Source: a virus
Lineage: Duplodnaviria > Caudoviricetes
DNA length: 64,000 bases
Virus record (IMG/VR): IMGVR_UViG_3300042894_007079
Location: 785 to 64,784 of that record
Direction: 5' to 3' (one strand)
Numbering within the stretch: position 1 is the first letter of the stretch; every line of letters begins with the position of its first letter. The notes beneath the pieces were generated by a model that saw nothing but the letters and a program-made list of their open reading frames with translations, was not told the origin of the DNA and ran no database searches. The position numbers and the translations under genes were made by a program. Below are positions 61,567-64,000 of the stretch, one piece after another.

Positions 61567-62659
61567 TGTTGACAAACAATACCTTAGTTTCTTAGAAAAC
61601 ATACTCAATAATGGTGTTGAAAAAGAAGACAGAACCGGAACAGGAACCATTTCAATATTTGGATATCAAATGAGGTTCAATATGAAAGAGGGATTTCCAC
61701 TTCTTACTTCAAAAAAGATATTCACTAAAGGAGTAATTCATGAATTAATCTGGTTTCTAAGAGGTGATACTAATATCAGGTATTTACTAGAAAACGGTGT
61801 ACATATCTGGGACGGTGATGCTTATAAAAACTACATTAAAAATGTTACTTTAGATAGCTCCGGTGAGTGGTGTAAAGTAGTAAATGGATCTGATGGTAAT
61901 GCGCACCCAGAACCATATTCTAAAGAAGAGTTTATACAAGAAATACTTAATGATGATGAATTTTGTCAAAAGTGGGGAGAGCTAGGTCCAGTTTACGGTG
62001 CTCAGTGGCGTAAATGGGGTGGTAAAGAAAATATTGTGTCTGGTTGGTATCACGGTTCACCATCAGATTATAGAATGGTGAATAAAAATGACCAAATTAC
62101 AGATTTAATTAATGATTTAAAGACTAGTCCAGATAGTAGGCGATTAATTGTATCAGCTTGGAATGTTGAAAAATTATCTCAAATGACACTTCCTCCTTGT
62201 CATTTTGTTTTTCAATGTTATACAACTCAAATGTCCCACGGTGAAAGAATAAAATTTTGGTGCGATTCTTTAGGCAAAAGTCTACACTACGCAGAAGACT
62301 TTACTAAAGAAAAACTTGATAGTCTTGGAGTTCCTTCAAGAAAACTTGACTTGATGTGGACACAAAGAAGTTGTGATGCGCCTTTGGGAATTCCATTCAA
62401 TATAGCTTCTTATGCTTTACTTCTTCATTTATTAGCCAAAGAAGTGAATATGGTTGCGAATGATTTGATTTTTTCAGGTGGAGATTGTCACATTTATGTA
62501 AATCAAGTAAAGGGAGTAAATGAACAACTAAAAAGAGAAACTTTTGAACTTCCAAAATTAAAATTGCATAATAAATCAATTTTTGATTTAAAATATGATG
62601 ATATTGAAATTTTAAATTATCAATCTTCACCAACAATACATTTTCCACTTTCAAATTAA
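61556..62659 (+). CDS. thyA: Thymidylate synthase
   Basis: DRTGTGT, FPLLT, ELIWFL, LGPVYG.QWR, LPPCH, QRSCD, PFNIASY. Confidence 0.96.
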   Translation: MKNNVDKQYLSFLENILNNGVEKEDRTGTGTISIFGYQMRFNMKEGFPLLTSKKIFTKGVIHELIWFLRGDTNIRYLLENGVHIWDGDAYKNYIKNVTLDSSGEWCKVVNGSDGNAHPEPYSKEEFIQEILNDDEFCQKWGELGPVYGAQWRKWGGKENIVSGWYHGSPSDYRMVNKNDQITDLINDLKTSPDSRRLIVSAWNVEKLSQMTLPPCHFVFQCYTTQMSHGERIKFWCDSLGKSLHYAEDFTKEKLDSLGVPSRKLDLMWTQRSCDAPLGIPFNIASYALLLHLLAKEVNMVANDLIFSGGDCHIYVNQVKGVNEQLKRETFELPKLKLHNKSIFDLKYDDIEILNYQSSPTIHFPLSN

Positions 62660-62688
62660 ACAATTAATAATATAAAAGTATAAAACTT

Positions 62689-62880
62689 ATGAAAAAATCA
62701 GGAACAAAAAATGTGGTTGCGATTAATGAATCAATAAAAAATATTGAGACTTTAACCGAACAGTTTAAAAGAAAGAGATTATCACAAGATGAATACGTTC
62801 TGAGAGTTAATCAGAATTTATCTAAAATGACCGATGAAAGAAACTATATTGAGTATCTAATTAATATTGGTCAATATTAA
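62689..62880 (+). CDS. Hypothetical protein
   Basis: Short ORF in the operon. Confidence 0.4.
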   Translation: MKKSGTKNVVAINESIKNIETLTEQFKRKRLSQDEYVLRVNQNLSKMTDERNYIEYLINIGQY

Positions 62881-63382
62881 AAATAAAATAAAATCTATGA
62901 TTATTAAAAGTGATTATAAGGAACAACTTCTAGAGGCAATTAAATCTTTGAATACCGAAGGTTTATCCGATGAAATGGAAATAGTATCAACATCTAAAAT
63001 TATTGAAGAACAAAAAATTTACTTTTGGATAAGACTTTATTTAAGTGAAGAGGATCTGAATATTCAGGTTGGTGATGATATTACGATATCTTATGAACCA
63101 TCTGGTGAAGAATTGGTTACTAAATTTATTTGTTATGGTAAATCTGGTTTAGAAAGAGACCATAATGATGAAGTTATTAATTATAATCCTGAAGATGATA
63201 AAAAGATTTTATGTCTTATGGTTGATGAAAACCACGTCAATTATAGTCAAGAAATTCCATTTATTAGAACTCTATTCAAAACGGGTAGACATTATGAATA
63301 CCAATTGATGAAAAGAGATGAATTGATTTTTATTAATAAAAGAAATGGGATTATTTTAGACTATTTTGATTGTGACTTTTAA
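62867..63382 (+). CDS. Hypothetical protein
   Basis: ORF upstream of the DNA polymerase. Confidence 0.55.
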   Translation: MVNIKNKIKSMIIKSDYKEQLLEAIKSLNTEGLSDEMEIVSTSKIIEEQKIYFWIRLYLSEEDLNIQVGDDITISYEPSGEELVTKFICYGKSGLERDHNDEVINYNPEDDKKILCLMVDENHVNYSQEIPFIRTLFKTGRHYEYQLMKRDELIFINKRNGIILDYFDCDF

Positions 63383-63396
63383 AAAAATAAAATAAA

Positions 63397-64000
63397 ATGC
63401 TTGTAGAAACTCAATACTTAACAAATAGTAAAAAATTAGTTGTCAGCTATGTAGATAAATCCGGTGACATCAAACTCAAATATTATAATTGGGATAATCC
63501 AATGAAGTATGTTGCTTGTGATGATAATGATGTTCAAAGACATCCAGAATATCGTTCTTGGGATGGTAAGTCTGTTAAACAGATTGAAGTAAATCACCCA
63601 GATAGATATGCTACATATGAGTTTCTAGATGCTTTACCTGAGTCTGAAAAAGAAGAAATATTTGAATTTAATCTTCCTAAGGTATTCTTTATCGATATCG
63701 AGACTGAGATTGTTGATGGTTTTCCTGAAGCGGCTGATGTAAAAGACCAAGATGGTAATGTTGTTAAGGAAGGAGCTTCTACGCAAGTACTTTCAATATC
63801 AATTGTTTATGATGATAAAATCATTCTACTTGGTCTAAAAGATATGCCAGAAGACATGCAGGATAGAATTCTTAATAACACTAATAAATATTTTGAAAAA
63901 TTTGGAACAGAGTATAAGTTTAAGTATATTAAATACGATGATGAGTTTGATATGCTTTATGCTTTCTTCTATAAGATGATACCCAAAATGCCACTTCTGA
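63397..64000 (+). CDS. Family B DNA polymerase, N-terminal/3'-5' exonuclease part (runs off the window)
   Basis: My translation: MLVETQY...FFIDIETEIVDGFPEA (ExoI)...LSISIVY...YDDEFDMLYAF. Confidence 0.75.
   Translation, partial: MLVETQYLTNSKKLVVSYVDKSGDIKLKYYNWDNPMKYVACDDNDVQRHPEYRSWDGKSVKQIEVNHPDRYATYEFLDALPESEKEEIFEFNLPKVFFIDIETEIVDGFPEAADVKDQDGNVVKEGASTQVLSISIVYDDKIILLGLKDMPEDMQDRILNNTNKYFEKFGTEYKFKYIKYDDEFDMLYAFFYKMIPKMPLL

Noticed and set aside
61556-62659. thyA insertions as an intron or a base-modifying hydroxymethylase
   Set aside because: Inserts are short and in frame, and the dUMP-specific PFNIASY Asn and PCH motif are canonical.
1-64000. Stop-codon reassignment (seen in some large phages)
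   Set aside because: Conserved genes are full length in code 11, coding density is high, and TAG/TGA act as real stops.

Overview
An AT-rich, gene-dense 64 kb segment of a large (jumbo/huge) T4-related tailed phage, most likely infecting Bacteroidota. The host inference rests on TAnnTTTG host-type promoters, A-rich leaders without Shine-Dalgarno sites, and Bacteroidota-like ClpS, RNase R and tmRNA resume context. The T4-like core genes are scattered on both strands: terminase (3' part), gp25, clamp loader, gp15, gp55-like late sigma, gp4, gp2, portal, protease-scaffold fusion, major capsid, a baseplate-like protein, a tape-measure-like protein and the start of a family B DNA polymerase. Between them lie host-like genes: tmRNA, RNase R, ClpS, NFACT-R, GS type II, thyA, a NEIL1-like glycosylase, NADAR, a DNA adenine methylase, two M28 peptidases, glycosyltransferases and LicD. 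Most notable: (1) a late-promoter 1397-aa multi-glycosyltransferase/TagD megaenzyme next to LicD; (2) a truncated paralog of the major capsid C-terminal domain; (3) about ten unrelated proteins sharing a T4-CTS-like 'MKxIKxFE' leader; (4) a tmRNA with a 29-codon non-canonical tag and a GGCAGUA T-loop; (5) a compact exonuclease-less family-A-like polymerase; (6) a T(A/T)ATATATA late promoter with an identical 15-bp element exactly 42 bp upstream at the two head-gene promoters. All family assignments come from motif recognition by eye, not database searches.
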